Shown here one piece after another: positions 22,801-30,439 of a stretch of 64,000 bases of DNA (the stretch's first letter is position 1; every line of letters starts with the position of its first letter). The notes below the pieces were generated by a model that saw only the letters and a program-made list of their open reading frames with translations, searched no databases and was not told where the DNA came from. The position numbers were made by a program, and so were the translations under genes. This DNA comes from Alphaproteobacteria bacterium (GTDB taxonomy: Bacteria; Pseudomonadota; Alphaproteobacteria; G965222575), in the NCBI GenBank assembly GCA_965222575.1, contig OZ244958.1, positions 416,001-480,000 of the forward strand. The letters run 5' to 3'.

Positions 22801-25800
22801 CCTCTTTTTTACAAGTCTTTTAAGATACAACATCTTCCCGATAACTTTGTCCCTTCCATGAGATTAGGGGCTGCTTTAGCCTTTGAAGACGACACTCTAG
22901 CCCTAGCAGCACCGGGCGCACAGGCAATTTATCTCTATCACCTCAGTACAGATACGCCCAAAAACAGAAGATTCTTTCAGAAAATTTCCCTCCCCACTGC
23001 AGACAAAACCGTCGGCGAAATCCTCCTCATGGAAAAAACAAGCCTTTTCATCTCCCAAAGAGATAATAACAATCAAATCACTATGCTTGCTTACTACTTC
23101 TCCCTTACAAAATGGAAAGCCTTAAAGGACAGACAATGGAGTCTCACCCTTCCAACCCCCTTCTCTCCCTATGCTATTGCTTTAGTTGATGGGGTCTTTT
23201 TTAGCGCTACGACCGCAGGAGGCATTGAGAAAAAAATCCTCTCTTCTGTCCCTACTACTAAAGTAGTCCTCATCAACGCCGTTTTCCAACAGCCCACAAA
23301 AACCCCAGGGCTTTCCTTAGATATCGCCCAAGAAAGTCAAGAACGAGACCTCATGGCCATAGCACAAGGACGGACAGTCTTTCTTTACACCCTCACTTAT
23401 AAAACCTTAGAACAACGATTCAAAAAAGTGACGCTCAAACAGATTCTACACCTGCCCTCCTCTTCTCCTAACCCCCCTTCTTTACGCGTCGCCCTAGGGC
23501 CCGATAAACTCTTTGTAGGAGACCCCTCCTATCATGGCGGATGGGGGCGGGTGCTGGTCTATGCTCTTTACCCTCATAAAGGACTCTCACTCTTAAGCTC
23601 CCCTCTCCCAAATCAAGGGATAGAACCCCTGAACTTCGGATATGCCTTAGATTACAACCCTTCAATAGGTCTCTTAGCCGTCGGCGCACCCCTAGCTCAT
23701 AAGGGCAATGGTCAAGTGTTTCTGTACCGCTATCAACCCAGTTCTCCAGACCTGCCAACCAATAAATACGGCACGCACGCTTCCTTCTCCTTCACCGGTA
23801 CAAAACAAAATCCCATAGGAGAAGTAGTCGCTTGGAACCCAAATGGATACCTCACTATAGCAAAAGGAAACAACCTCATCTCTTATGCCATAGACCATAA
23901 CGCACAGCCTACTCTGCTCACAGTCGAAAATCCTCAAGATAGAGAACAGTCACAAGGCCACATCCTCCACGCCGCTTGGTGGGATAACACACTCATCACA
24001 CTCAAACAACAAGGTGACCTCTTCTTTCTCTTTGCACAAACCGCTTCCATCACCTCTTCTACCCTCACATGGCAACAGATTACACCCCTCGGAACCTATC
24101 AAGCCTCCTCTCTCTCCTTCGCGCGCTCCCCCGTACTCAACACCCTAATCACAATCCTACAACAACCTCAAACCCTCGCTCTCCTCCAATTCCTCACCCC
24201 CTCTCCACAAACACACACTCCTCAACACCTCCTCGCCATAACAGCTGTCCCAATCTTAACATTAAAACAATCAATCTCAACTCAACTCCTACATGACCAA
24301 CGATTTGAACACTATACCTCCTCCGTCCTAACAACGAAAATTATCTACTATTCACACCAACTCATAGGACCCTTCGCCCAAAACCATCCTTTCTTTATAC
24401 CCTATAAAGAATACAGAGCTTTCTTGCACTTCCAACGCATCAAAGGCCTGATGCAAAAAATCCCTGCTCTCCTACAACTCCCACCTTCCTCAATAGACAC
24501 CATACTCACTCCCATCCTCATCCAAATACTCAAAGACAATATCATTCCTATAAAACCTCTCCCAACTTCCTTTGCATTCCCCACCTTGCCAACAACCCCA
24601 CACAACATTAACGACCTCACCGCATCCATCACACCAGAGAATAACGATATCGAAAACCCCATAGGGGACGGCGGCTTGCCTCCTGTAGTCATTGAAACCA
24701 CCACCACCCCACCTGATAACAATGATAATGATGACAAGAAGCCTGATGAAGACACTGATAACACGCCTACTGACGGAGGCACCTTACCTCCTGTAACCAT
24801 TACGCCTACTAATGAAGACACTGATGACCCAGACATTGATGACAAGAAGCCTGATGAAGACACTGATAACACGCCTACTGACGGAGGCACCTTACCTCCT
24901 GTAACCATTACGCCTACTAATGAAGACACTGATGACCCAGACATTGATGACAAGAAGCCTGATGAAGACACTGATAACACGCCTACTGACGGAGGCACCT
25001 TACCTCCTGTAACCATTACGCCTACTAATGAAGACACTGATGACCCAGACATTGATGACAAGAAGCCTGATGAAGACACTGATAACACGCCTACTGACGG
25101 AGGCACCTTACCTCCTGTAACCATTACGCCTACTAATGAAGACACTGATGACCCAGCTGATAACAATGATAATGACGACAATACGCCTGAAGAAGAAGAA
25201 GACCCCACCTTACCTCCTGTAACCATTACGCCTACTAATGAAGACACTGATACCCCAGGCATTGATGACAAGAAGCCTGATGAAGACACTGATAACACGC
25301 CTACTGACGGAGGCACCTTACCTCCTGTAACCATTACGCCTACTAATGAAGACACTGATGACCCAGCTGATAACAATGATAATGACGACAATACGCCTGA
25401 AGAAGAAGAAGAAGACCCCACCTTACCTCCTGTAACCATTACGCCTACTAATGAAGACACTGATGCCCCAGGCATTGATGACAAGAAGCCTGATGAAAAC
25501 ACTGATACCACGCCTACTGAAGAAGAAGAAGACCCCACCTTACCTCCTGTAACCATTACGCCTACTAATGAAGACACTGATGACCCAACTGGTAACAATG
25601 ATAATGACGACAATACGCCTGAAGAAGAAGAAGACCCCCTATCTCCTGTAGTCATTGAAAACACCAATCCTCCAGATGATAACAATGATGATGATGGCAA
25701 TACGCCTGATGAAAACACTGATGCCACGCCTACTGAAGAAGAAGAAGACCCCACCTTACCTCCTGTAGTCATTGAAAACACCAATCCCCCCCCTAGCAAC

Positions 25801-26451
25801 AATGATAATGATGATACGCCTGATGAAAACACTGATACCACGCCTACTGACGAAGACAACACCCCCACCTTACCTCCTGTGGTCGTTAATCCCATACTAG
25901 CTGCCCCCATCGTTATGACACCCCTCCCTGCCCCTCTCAACCCCACAGTGGAAAACATCTTCTCTTTTCCCGCACCTCCAACACCTAACAACAACCAACA
26001 AACTCCGAACATCTCACCAATTTCCGTTAGCACGCCTTCTGTGCCAACAGTGGACTCAAAAATCTTAACGCTTACCTTGTTCACAGACGAACCGCCTAAA
26101 GAAAATGACTTTTTGCTCTTTTCCATCCCTCCCGTACCGCCACTCCCACCAGCAGCCACAGCACCACCAGTAGCCTCAGCGCCACCAGCAACCATAGAGA
26201 GTGAAGAGACAGAAAACAATGCGACAGAACAACAAAGAACACAAGCAACTACACAAAAGCCTTGGTGGGAAAGACCTATTGGAGAAGACCTTTTCCAAGC
26301 AAATGGACCGCTTTCACCGGAGAACAAAAATAACGAAGGAAAAGGAAAAAGACGAGACCCTAAAGGACGTAAGAGCTATCGTGTGATTTTTAGTAGCATA
26401 AAATTGCGCTGGAAACCTGAAGATGATACCCTCCTAACTGCTTGGATGTAA
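13861..26451 (+). CDS. Giant secreted adhesin-like protein: signal peptide, filamentous-haemagglutinin/TPS domain, multiple FG-GAP (integrin alpha-like) repeats, D/T/P-rich repeats
   Basis: 4196-aa uninterrupted ORF; N-terminal SFINGRL..GRVVLVNSRGIIFG..VNVGALLATT; about 20 exact or variant FG..LAL..LA(I/V)GAP..G.VYLY motifs. Confidence 0.85.
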   Translation: MTALALQGLFKKAVFYLPGVCLFFMHFSASALPLNPQIKKGNALISTSSHKLTVDQKTELLHVDWDSFQLQRNEEMEILHSFGMKGLSIHRVIGANPSFINGRLTAAGRVVLVNSRGIIFGPNSIVNVGALLATTSDILTSYDENLFAFDTRQTSSIGEILVEKGAVITARDRGWLALIAPIVKVQRGAILTAEEGIITLIGGNKFLIDLYGNGLVNFIVNTTETASSLINKGTLKGNKVFMKIPASKSESPPSIEQKGHILATHFIDEKNKLTLGTVKIEGGRKGEVSFAQDSSVTVKNKPPPPPNADNVPPSQDDTPPSKTAPSPRDITVSITGRIVTIDGKITTQSGKIGLKADTLLVKQTGALIVKTLTGGEIFLKSRGDSYILGTIAVGNIAYKKKWIASTHLHDYHFETTIHHQSGGEILVGGQYIATGGQIILDAQGAVKFIGGSAKAGNGKNALLSITAQKGLYTNGVSHFHIDSTQIGLILFKSPQSLSLFGEIFIGKKTHLRLQHPPTQPLTYSITLHLKKKQYHLISKPNGIPTTLPQKLLLDGFEGQSLTAPETFDHKNAIGGFLPVAKALSHVNKPVRTLAKASNTQSHFLALSIKDKEQVFLYKSDKTDTEFKLQDLLLLSVIKSPSSKTINFGSALALTMIGETPLLIVGAPTYSSTNLPNAGALFVYQTPFTAPTLTQSIIGKMPQGFLGANLAFVNTNTLFSSQYSPPSPRFFRTAQKILPHFLSFTLNPSTLNPSTQTLTHNNTYLINKQGTALTPIPSPQTITNIFITVDQFKGGANLLVFRLLLHVPSKDHTIPTGIVIVNTATPQNNNYPIPLAWSTNHQITSFQQSFKDLPSIDAIEIYQSQNDILNVMLLSYRERVIKLLKIELSPQSLQVLKIDRYPIDLPDFYTSSMIVIGGKLLIGYEKGVLAYQMKAKPHPALPQRFGPQQIIGEDLRGIETLAFGVSMDSYILPPSQKRRHSLYLLAVGAPNADQGFGRVYLYSGSDYQSLTLHTILSGKLEDGINPNTGWGVSLALGDGILFIATPYDQKIPFIHTYLFEEDFAYLRKSTTIPLDPLRIQDNEILAIHGLDMDYSNGVLAVTKTTETSTHMLDLFRIISLDSILLVQKPFPLFTPFYTIANQQPQDTKFWPNAVSFDPTGQLLGVLSRKNNMLLLYRLPQNPKNLFIPTDIQVLVTKDFSVNSISLPTSKITKSNFKTIGYGLEIGQKYIWVFGNRIDNTSFLKIPFTIKNNSFSLGQSKFYDVAQQLLSQLLYSEVKSLKAVKRGQLKIGLLEDQNQEILWGRPQDGWVVTMKSYSQTEGEKYFKIKNLFKTSEQMTMYLEEGFGQRLATIVRTSTLSQAKHYILAASSFKPHASVIALFFSPAPDFQNASLFGLIPPTTHQGFGLALALGKNTLFIGAPNANTVLAYTYREESERRYAVTNPVNPKDLSQDLQKAFLPQVQAGFSLAYHDGKKLLAVGAPGKGGGVAVFQVTDTLTLIPFRLLQAQALPYQTNSPFQTLWGTSLVQQVPFTNTPTALFGASVAFHHTGNLLAVSAPGMGKVFLYHVKTTHHNLWPLIALIGSPAPLEEQFLYATDKTAIATQSSPSTFGVPHSYTMKPVYAMTHFGWNIVFLHNPSNQENKLLILAENTQTALFAYPFTTQPHFQWEDKSIGYFPLSHTFSQTQSIENPIGLATLHSIYEDSTFLFLGYANKVTRLHSKDFWASSEPPVNPSVLNLRTTPLHQTLTLNPSQPQAFALFQGYLALGNPWYQENLGKVTLYKITGDNFLDLTLLTILLGKEQTKDATYFGFSLAFANPYLPEYDATLFIGAPGGQTGKVLAFSLASNTITLLPFNFPTLPNTKGFGFDIAFHNDRLIIGAPLSQHQNNTPTGAVYFYSITSNNIQPQVSPLLVITQDNTQNLFPLSLPPPSNHHHLGKVLSLSGDYAFFLSANPDPSTSTIHLLHYPSNAQPQFIDSYTFNAPLYDLVALPTKHLFLLTKDALLFASWQTQNGLQILKEKTFTEIPFFKKNSLQQYYTGAAQFYEKPSFAMDNIEETLFFLNPQGLYKIHYEHALPAAKPLSIAVMTTTKKLTPQTSSPIPLYVIAIGMKEQDKVYLLVAKQNAPKLWHLKHIIHGEKDTQFGTSVALSSQWLAVGATGLKTNNKIQGGAILYRLTETDEVVLSSPLGKGIPIIAGFSHLSKAGFSVAVSNQRLVIGAPHTRKNNKKIGAFFVYSFSQNQPIPFSQTQNSLSSSPQHPTPFALPASLQNQDASIGYSIALGPHNLLAVSAPGQKQVLIYNSLSGTFLTTIDPNEDTTNDLDSFDAIPWQINFGYSVTFQPGALLVLGANSGETLMLYEYTFSFNNNQLLGQNSLVWNEGKNIEASTLGFETWELDDISNVIAAVGDKLFVGGQSASHVLLLDFSNDKTATISTFHKGLFPLEKLSQPLEEITPLATTAQPLAVDFLSLPSSLFLMAIGKPYKDEVYILTSTAQDLSKWHLKFVLKGEAQSAFGASLSLYSNHHLAIGAPLYNSKTGAVYLYDISGTSPLLTQHITAFPAASQGGYSVDMTQHYLVIGAPFASSSPSLSKQSGIVYGYHYQSQQKRYVLSFLLLPKGGQKPASTPAALQTLVFPKPYKRKMQLGAAVSLEGDTLAVSALGYQSVYLYNLRTRRLIGGVGDLIQKAGYLRQSFDSFGHSLVLKPDALWVLGTPAQADGLFLYRFPLTAFQLTSTSPQDPTALTPLPSSAGSPFTSSLFALTNGFLAIGGTGQTITFSTTQHITKQQIGFTMEESQTGIYQQDTIQGSTLAIRSVKGRLHTEEDSIEQMYLIALGNPEKNQIYLLGAWEQAPEKWYVQQIIKGPQSSQFGFALDFSKNNILAIGAPSYKGRGAVFLYEHPSALNFPNWQHLVLKQEISNFDPQSKAGYALAFGGKNDQFLAIGAPGTHSGPTAGQIGGAVYGYELYQQHFLPVFLIAPADTRLQPLFYKSFKIQHLPDNFVPSMRLGAALAFEDDTLALAAPGAQAIYLYHLSTDTPKNRRFFQKISLPTADKTVGEILLMEKTSLFISQRDNNNQITMLAYYFSLTKWKALKDRQWSLTLPTPFSPYAIALVDGVFFSATTAGGIEKKILSSVPTTKVVLINAVFQQPTKTPGLSLDIAQESQERDLMAIAQGRTVFLYTLTYKTLEQRFKKVTLKQILHLPSSSPNPPSLRVALGPDKLFVGDPSYHGGWGRVLVYALYPHKGLSLLSSPLPNQGIEPLNFGYALDYNPSIGLLAVGAPLAHKGNGQVFLYRYQPSSPDLPTNKYGTHASFSFTGTKQNPIGEVVAWNPNGYLTIAKGNNLISYAIDHNAQPTLLTVENPQDREQSQGHILHAAWWDNTLITLKQQGDLFFLFAQTASITSSTLTWQQITPLGTYQASSLSFARSPVLNTLITILQQPQTLALLQFLTPSPQTHTPQHLLAITAVPILTLKQSISTQLLHDQRFEHYTSSVLTTKIIYYSHQLIGPFAQNHPFFIPYKEYRAFLHFQRIKGLMQKIPALLQLPPSSIDTILTPILIQILKDNIIPIKPLPTSFAFPTLPTTPHNINDLTASITPENNDIENPIGDGGLPPVVIETTTTPPDNNDNDDKKPDEDTDNTPTDGGTLPPVTITPTNEDTDDPDIDDKKPDEDTDNTPTDGGTLPPVTITPTNEDTDDPDIDDKKPDEDTDNTPTDGGTLPPVTITPTNEDTDDPDIDDKKPDEDTDNTPTDGGTLPPVTITPTNEDTDDPADNNDNDDNTPEEEEDPTLPPVTITPTNEDTDTPGIDDKKPDEDTDNTPTDGGTLPPVTITPTNEDTDDPADNNDNDDNTPEEEEEDPTLPPVTITPTNEDTDAPGIDDKKPDENTDTTPTEEEEDPTLPPVTITPTNEDTDDPTGNNDNDDNTPEEEEDPLSPVVIENTNPPDDNNDDDGNTPDENTDATPTEEEEDPTLPPVVIENTNPPPSNNDNDDTPDENTDTTPTDEDNTPTLPPVVVNPILAAPIVMTPLPAPLNPTVENIFSFPAPPTPNNNQQTPNISPISVSTPSVPTVDSKILTLTLFTDEPPKENDFLLFSIPPVPPLPPAATAPPVASAPPATIESEETENNATEQQRTQATTQKPWWERPIGEDLFQANGPLSPENKNNEGKGKRRDPKGRKSYRVIFSSIKLRWKPEDDTLLTAWM
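24660..25880 (+). repeat. In-frame coding tandem repeats (108-bp/36-aa unit plus variants)
   Basis: DDKKPDEDTDNTPTDGGTLPPVTITPTNEDTDDPDI starting at 24730, 24838, 24946 and 25054, followed by mosaic variants. Confidence 0.95.
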
Positions 26452-26551
26452 GACCTCACCCGACCAATCAAGAGATAGAGTATTGCCTTCTGTCCCTTGT
26501 GGCTTTACAGTAATAGGATTAACAGTATCGCTCCCATACCCCTTATTGTCT

Positions 26552-28081
26552 ATGTCCTACCAGATTTTAGCCCGCGCAAAAAGACCTCAGCTCTTCGAGG
26601 AGTTAATAGACCAAGACATCATCGTCAGTACCCTAAAACAAGCCATAGCACAGGGGAAAATTCCCACAGGAATCTTGCTCACAGGCCCCCGTGGAGTAGG
26701 GAAAACTACTCTAGCACGCATCATCGCTAAGAGTCTCAATTGCCTCAAGGACACTACTCCTACAACAACTCCCTGTAATAGGTGTCAAAATTGTAGCGCC
26801 ATCACCGCAAGCCAGCACATAGATGTCCTAGAAATGGACGCCGCTTCTCATACAGGCGTGAACGATATCAGAGAAATCCTATCAGCAACGTCCTACGCGC
26901 CAGTGCAGGGCAGATACAAGGTCTATATCATGGATGAAGTCCATATGCTCTCTCTCAACGCCTTCAACGCCCTGTTAAAAACCTTAGAAGAACCCCCCCC
27001 TTCCGTGGTGTTCATCCTCGCCACCACAGAGCTTGGGAAAGTCCCTAAGACTATTATTTCCCGCTGTCAGCGCTATAAATTACAACGCATCAGTACACCA
27101 GCTCTCGTGTCCTACTTGGAAAAAATCGCCAAGGAAGAAACCATAACATACGAACAAAAAGCCCTAGAAAGAATCGCCATCCTAGCAGACGGCTCCGTTA
27201 GGGACGCCCTTTCCCTTTTAGAGCAAGGAAGCCTCCTAGAACACAATAACATCACAACCAAGGGCTTACACGCCATGGTAGGCACAAACCATGATGCATC
27301 TTTGGCCACCTTACTGCAACTCACCCTAACAGGACACAAAATAGAAGCACTCAAAGCCCTTGAAAACCTCGTCCAACAGGGCATACACCCCATACACCTC
27401 CTAAGTCGCCTCCTAGACTTCACACACTACGCCTTCAAAAATGCTCTTAATCTCCCACTGAACCAAGACCTCCAACAGGAAGTCCTTGACATTCTCCTCC
27501 CCTTACACACACACCCCCCTGCTCTTCTCCTAAGAACTTGGCAAGCACTTTACCAAAGCTATAAAGACCTCGCCTCCCTGAACACCGCTCACCAAGCCGG
27601 CTTAGAAATGGCACTCCTCAAACTGTTATACGCTCAAGACCTCCCCTTACCAGAGGAAATCGTCAAGACCTCAACCTCCCCCGCACCCTCTTCCCCAAAA
27701 CAAGACACAACACCACAAAACTCAAGACTCTTTCACTCTTTTGAAGATGTCCTCACTGCCCTACAGGGTGAAGGACATATTGGCGCTGCCCGTAAGCTCA
27801 GACAGCTTGCAACACTTGTCTCCTTCAACTCTCATGACCGTCACATCACCCTTGCCATTCCAACAGCCCACAACCTCAAAGAAGACCTGCGCACCATGCA
27901 ACAAACACTCAAAAGACTCGGACACTTGGAGTGGACAATCTCCCTCACAAACAGCCCTGAAAACACCCTCCCCACCAAAGAACCCACCCCTCAACAAGAA
28001 CAACAGATACCACAAAATGACCTCCCCCCTGTGGTACAAGAGGCAAAAAAACTCTTCCCAACCCTACAACTTAAACTCTAA
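26552..28081 (+). CDS. dnaX: DNA polymerase III subunit gamma/tau
   Basis: MSYQILARAKRP, GPRGVGKTT, EMDAASHTGV, DEVHMLS..AFNALLKTLEEPP, SRCQ. Confidence 0.96.
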   Translation: MSYQILARAKRPQLFEELIDQDIIVSTLKQAIAQGKIPTGILLTGPRGVGKTTLARIIAKSLNCLKDTTPTTTPCNRCQNCSAITASQHIDVLEMDAASHTGVNDIREILSATSYAPVQGRYKVYIMDEVHMLSLNAFNALLKTLEEPPPSVVFILATTELGKVPKTIISRCQRYKLQRISTPALVSYLEKIAKEETITYEQKALERIAILADGSVRDALSLLEQGSLLEHNNITTKGLHAMVGTNHDASLATLLQLTLTGHKIEALKALENLVQQGIHPIHLLSRLLDFTHYAFKNALNLPLNQDLQQEVLDILLPLHTHPPALLLRTWQALYQSYKDLASLNTAHQAGLEMALLKLLYAQDLPLPEEIVKTSTSPAPSSPKQDTTPQNSRLFHSFEDVLTALQGEGHIGAARKLRQLATLVSFNSHDRHITLAIPTAHNLKEDLRTMQQTLKRLGHLEWTISLTNSPENTLPTKEPTPQQEQQIPQNDLPPVVQEAKKLFPTLQLKL

Positions 28082-28188
28082 TCTCCCCATGACAAACATG
28101 CGAGAAATCCCCCCGCCTATAAGCATCTTATACAACTCCCAAAGGAAAGAGACACCCGCCCGCCACGTGTCAAAAATCGGGGAATGAC

Positions 28189-28785
28189 ATGCTCATAGAA
28201 GACTTAATTGCCCTCTTTGAACGCCTGCCCGGCATAGGAAAACGATCCGCTAGACGATTGGTCTTATTTTTACTCCACCATCCTAAAACCCTCCTGTTAC
28301 CGCTCTCCTCCGCTCTCAGCTCCGTAGGGGAAAAAGTCTCCACCTGCTCTGTCTGTGGTAGCTTAGATATAGACAATCCCTGTAGCATCTGTCAGGACAA
28401 AAACCGCAACACAGAGACAATTTGCGTGGTAGAAACCCTAGTGGATTTATGGGCTATCGAACGCAGCGATAGTTATCAAGGAAGCTATCATGTCCTAGGG
28501 GGCACCTTGTCAACTCAAGGATTTAAGCCAGAAGAGTTAAATATTGCCACACTCCTTAAAAGAATTGAGCAAAAGAAAGCAGAAGGTACCCCCATCAAGG
28601 AAGTGATTTTAAGTATCAATGGGACCTTACAAGGACAAGTAACAGGGCATTTTCTTAAACAAAAACTCAAGCATTTAGATGTGTTGGTCACCGCTCTTGC
28701 CTTTGGAATCCCTGTGGGAGGGGAGCTTGAATACTTAGACGAACAAACCCTACAATTCGCTCTGGACAGCCGCAAGTCTCTCTAA
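28189..28785 (+). CDS. recR: Recombination mediator RecR
   Basis: LPGIGKRSA.R, C4 zinc finger, YHVLGG, GIPVGGELEYLD. Confidence 0.96.
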   Translation: MLIEDLIALFERLPGIGKRSARRLVLFLLHHPKTLLLPLSSALSSVGEKVSTCSVCGSLDIDNPCSICQDKNRNTETICVVETLVDLWAIERSDSYQGSYHVLGGTLSTQGFKPEELNIATLLKRIEQKKAEGTPIKEVILSINGTLQGQVTGHFLKQKLKHLDVLVTALAFGIPVGGELEYLDEQTLQFALDSRKSL

Positions 28786-28802
28786 AGAAACCCCTACCAC
28801 TA

Positions 28803-29747
28803 TCACAAGGCTACCAAAGCCTTTTGGACACAAACATAAGGGGCAATGCTTAAAAACTTCACGAAGGCTTTGGCATTAACAGGAATGTAACTAGGGAAAT
28901 ATTTTTTACTCCATGTCTCCTGGCGCTTTCTGTACTGCTTTGTTCTTAAGACTGTTTGTTTGATAGCATCTTCAAGAGAGAGGTGTCCTTTGTAAAGAGC
29001 AAGGGCTTCTAGCACACCGATACTGTTAGCAATGTTGGGTTTCAGTCCCGCTTTTAAGGCGTGGGCAATTTCTTTTTTAGCACTTTGAAACATCCCTTCT
29101 GTTCGCCTTTGACAGTGCATGTGTAGCCATTCTCGGGGGGCAACGGTTTTGAAGACAATCCATTCTCCGGAAAACAGAGGGACTTTTTTCTGCTGAAAAT
29201 AGGCAAGGGATTTCTTTGTACTATAAAAAACCTCTAAGGCACGCCTTAGCCGATAGGTATCCTTTTCATGAACAGCCGCCGCCATTATGGGATCGCAGGC
29301 TCTTAGCTTACGGTGTAGCTCTTCAGAGGGAACGTCTCTGAGACGGAGACGGAGAGCAGGAGGGATACTAGGGAGAGGAGACAGGCCTTTTCTAAGAGCA
29401 TGGAGATAAAATCCTGAGCCTCCAACAATGAGGGGAATTTTTTTTTGACGCCATGCCTTCAAAATTTCTCTTTTCGCCAACACCAACCATTGCGCGACAT
29501 CAAAAGACTCGGACACATCTAAAAATCCATACAACTTCAGTCCTGTTCCCTTCACCGGTTGCGCCGTTAGGATAGGGAGCTGTTTATAGACCTGAGCTGG
29601 GTCTGCATTGATAATAATGCCCCCGCAAGCCTGCGCAAGATGCGCTGCAAACAGGGATTTTGAAGAGCCTGTAGGGCCTGTGACAATAATTCCCGGTCCT
29701 CTCAAAGTCTGATTTTGCGTATCGACAAGTATTTTTTTTTCTAGCAA
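28803..29747 (-). CDS. miaA: tRNA dimethylallyltransferase
   Basis: GPTGSSKS, IINAD..QVY, VGGSGFY, RRALEV, QY.KRQ.TW; TTG start at 29747 chosen because the longer ORF overlaps tRNA-Leu. Confidence 0.9.
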   Translation of the reverse strand: MLEKKILVDTQNQTLRGPGIIVTGPTGSSKSLFAAHLAQACGGIIINADPAQVYKQLPILTAQPVKGTGLKLYGFLDVSESFDVAQWLVLAKREILKAWRQKKIPLIVGGSGFYLHALRKGLSPLPSIPPALRLRLRDVPSEELHRKLRACDPIMAAAVHEKDTYRLRRALEVFYSTKKSLAYFQQKKVPLFSGEWIVFKTVAPREWLHMHCQRRTEGMFQSAKKEIAHALKAGLKPNIANSIGVLEALALYKGHLSLEDAIKQTVLRTKQYRKRQETWSKKYFPSYIPVNAKAFVKFLSIAPYVCVQKALVAL

Positions 29748-29769
29748 GGAGACGCTCTCTTGTATGATT

Positions 29770-29856
29770 TGGTGCGGTCGAGAAGACTCGAACTTCCACG
29801 GGGTTGCCCCCACAGCGCCCTCAACGCTGCGCGTCTACCTGTTCCGCCACGACCGC
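29770..29856 (-). tRNA. tRNA-Leu(GAG)
   Basis: GCGGTCGTGGCGGAACAGGTAGACGCGCAGCGTTGAGGGCGCTG...GTTCGAGTCTTCTCGACCGCACCA; long variable arm, CCA encoded. Confidence 0.95.
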
Positions 29857-29953
29857 ATAAGCCCTTTATCATATCAAAAAACCACTCCTTGCAACAAGGT
29901 GAGAATCTTTGCTACCATGATATAGCAAAAAAAACAGGAAAATCCGACCCGAT

Positions 29954-30439
29954 ATGTTAAAACCTGACATCCTAGTTGGCATTATCATGGGAAGTCAATC
30001 AGACTGGGCAACCTTACAACCTTGCGCTACTACTCTTAAGACCCTCTCCATAAAGTACGAAACACGCATTGTTTCAGCACACCGGACTCCTAAACGCCTC
30101 TATGAATATGCACAAAGAGCAGAAGAACGAGGGCTTTGCGTCATCATCGCCGGGGCTGGAGGCGCTGCCCATTTGCCGGGCATGACAGCAGCGCTCACCT
30201 CTCTACCCGTGCTAGGCGTCCCCATAGAAACAGGCGCCCTAAGAGGACAGGATAGCCTCTACTCCATCGTTCAAATGCCAAAAGGAGTCCCCGTGGGTAC
30301 CTTGTCCATCGGTACAGCAGGAGCCGTGAACGCAGCCCTATTAGCAGCAGCTATCCTAGCCTTACAACATAAAAAAATCGCACACGCCCTCAAGACCTAT
30401 AAAACAAAACAAGAACAAGCCGTTCCTCTACAGCCCTAA
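29954..30439 (+). CDS. purE: N5-CAIR mutase
   Basis: [35 protein letters not shown]. Confidence 0.97.
   Translation: MLKPDILVGIIMGSQSDWATLQPCATTLKTLSIKYETRIVSAHRTPKRLYEYAQRAEERGLCVIIAGAGGAAHLPGMTAALTSLPVLGVPIETGALRGQDSLYSIVQMPKGVPVGTLSIGTAGAVNAALLAAAILALQHKKIAHALKTYKTKQEQAVPLQP

Noticed and set aside
24402-26327. 641-aa minus-strand ORF
   Set aside because: It is the antisense shadow of the D/T/P repeat region of the giant protein.
27741-28187. 148-aa alternative-frame ORF at the dnaX 3' end (frameshift product or ybaB remnant)
   Set aside because: No clear slippery site or YbaB similarity; it is probably a by-product of the C-rich composition.
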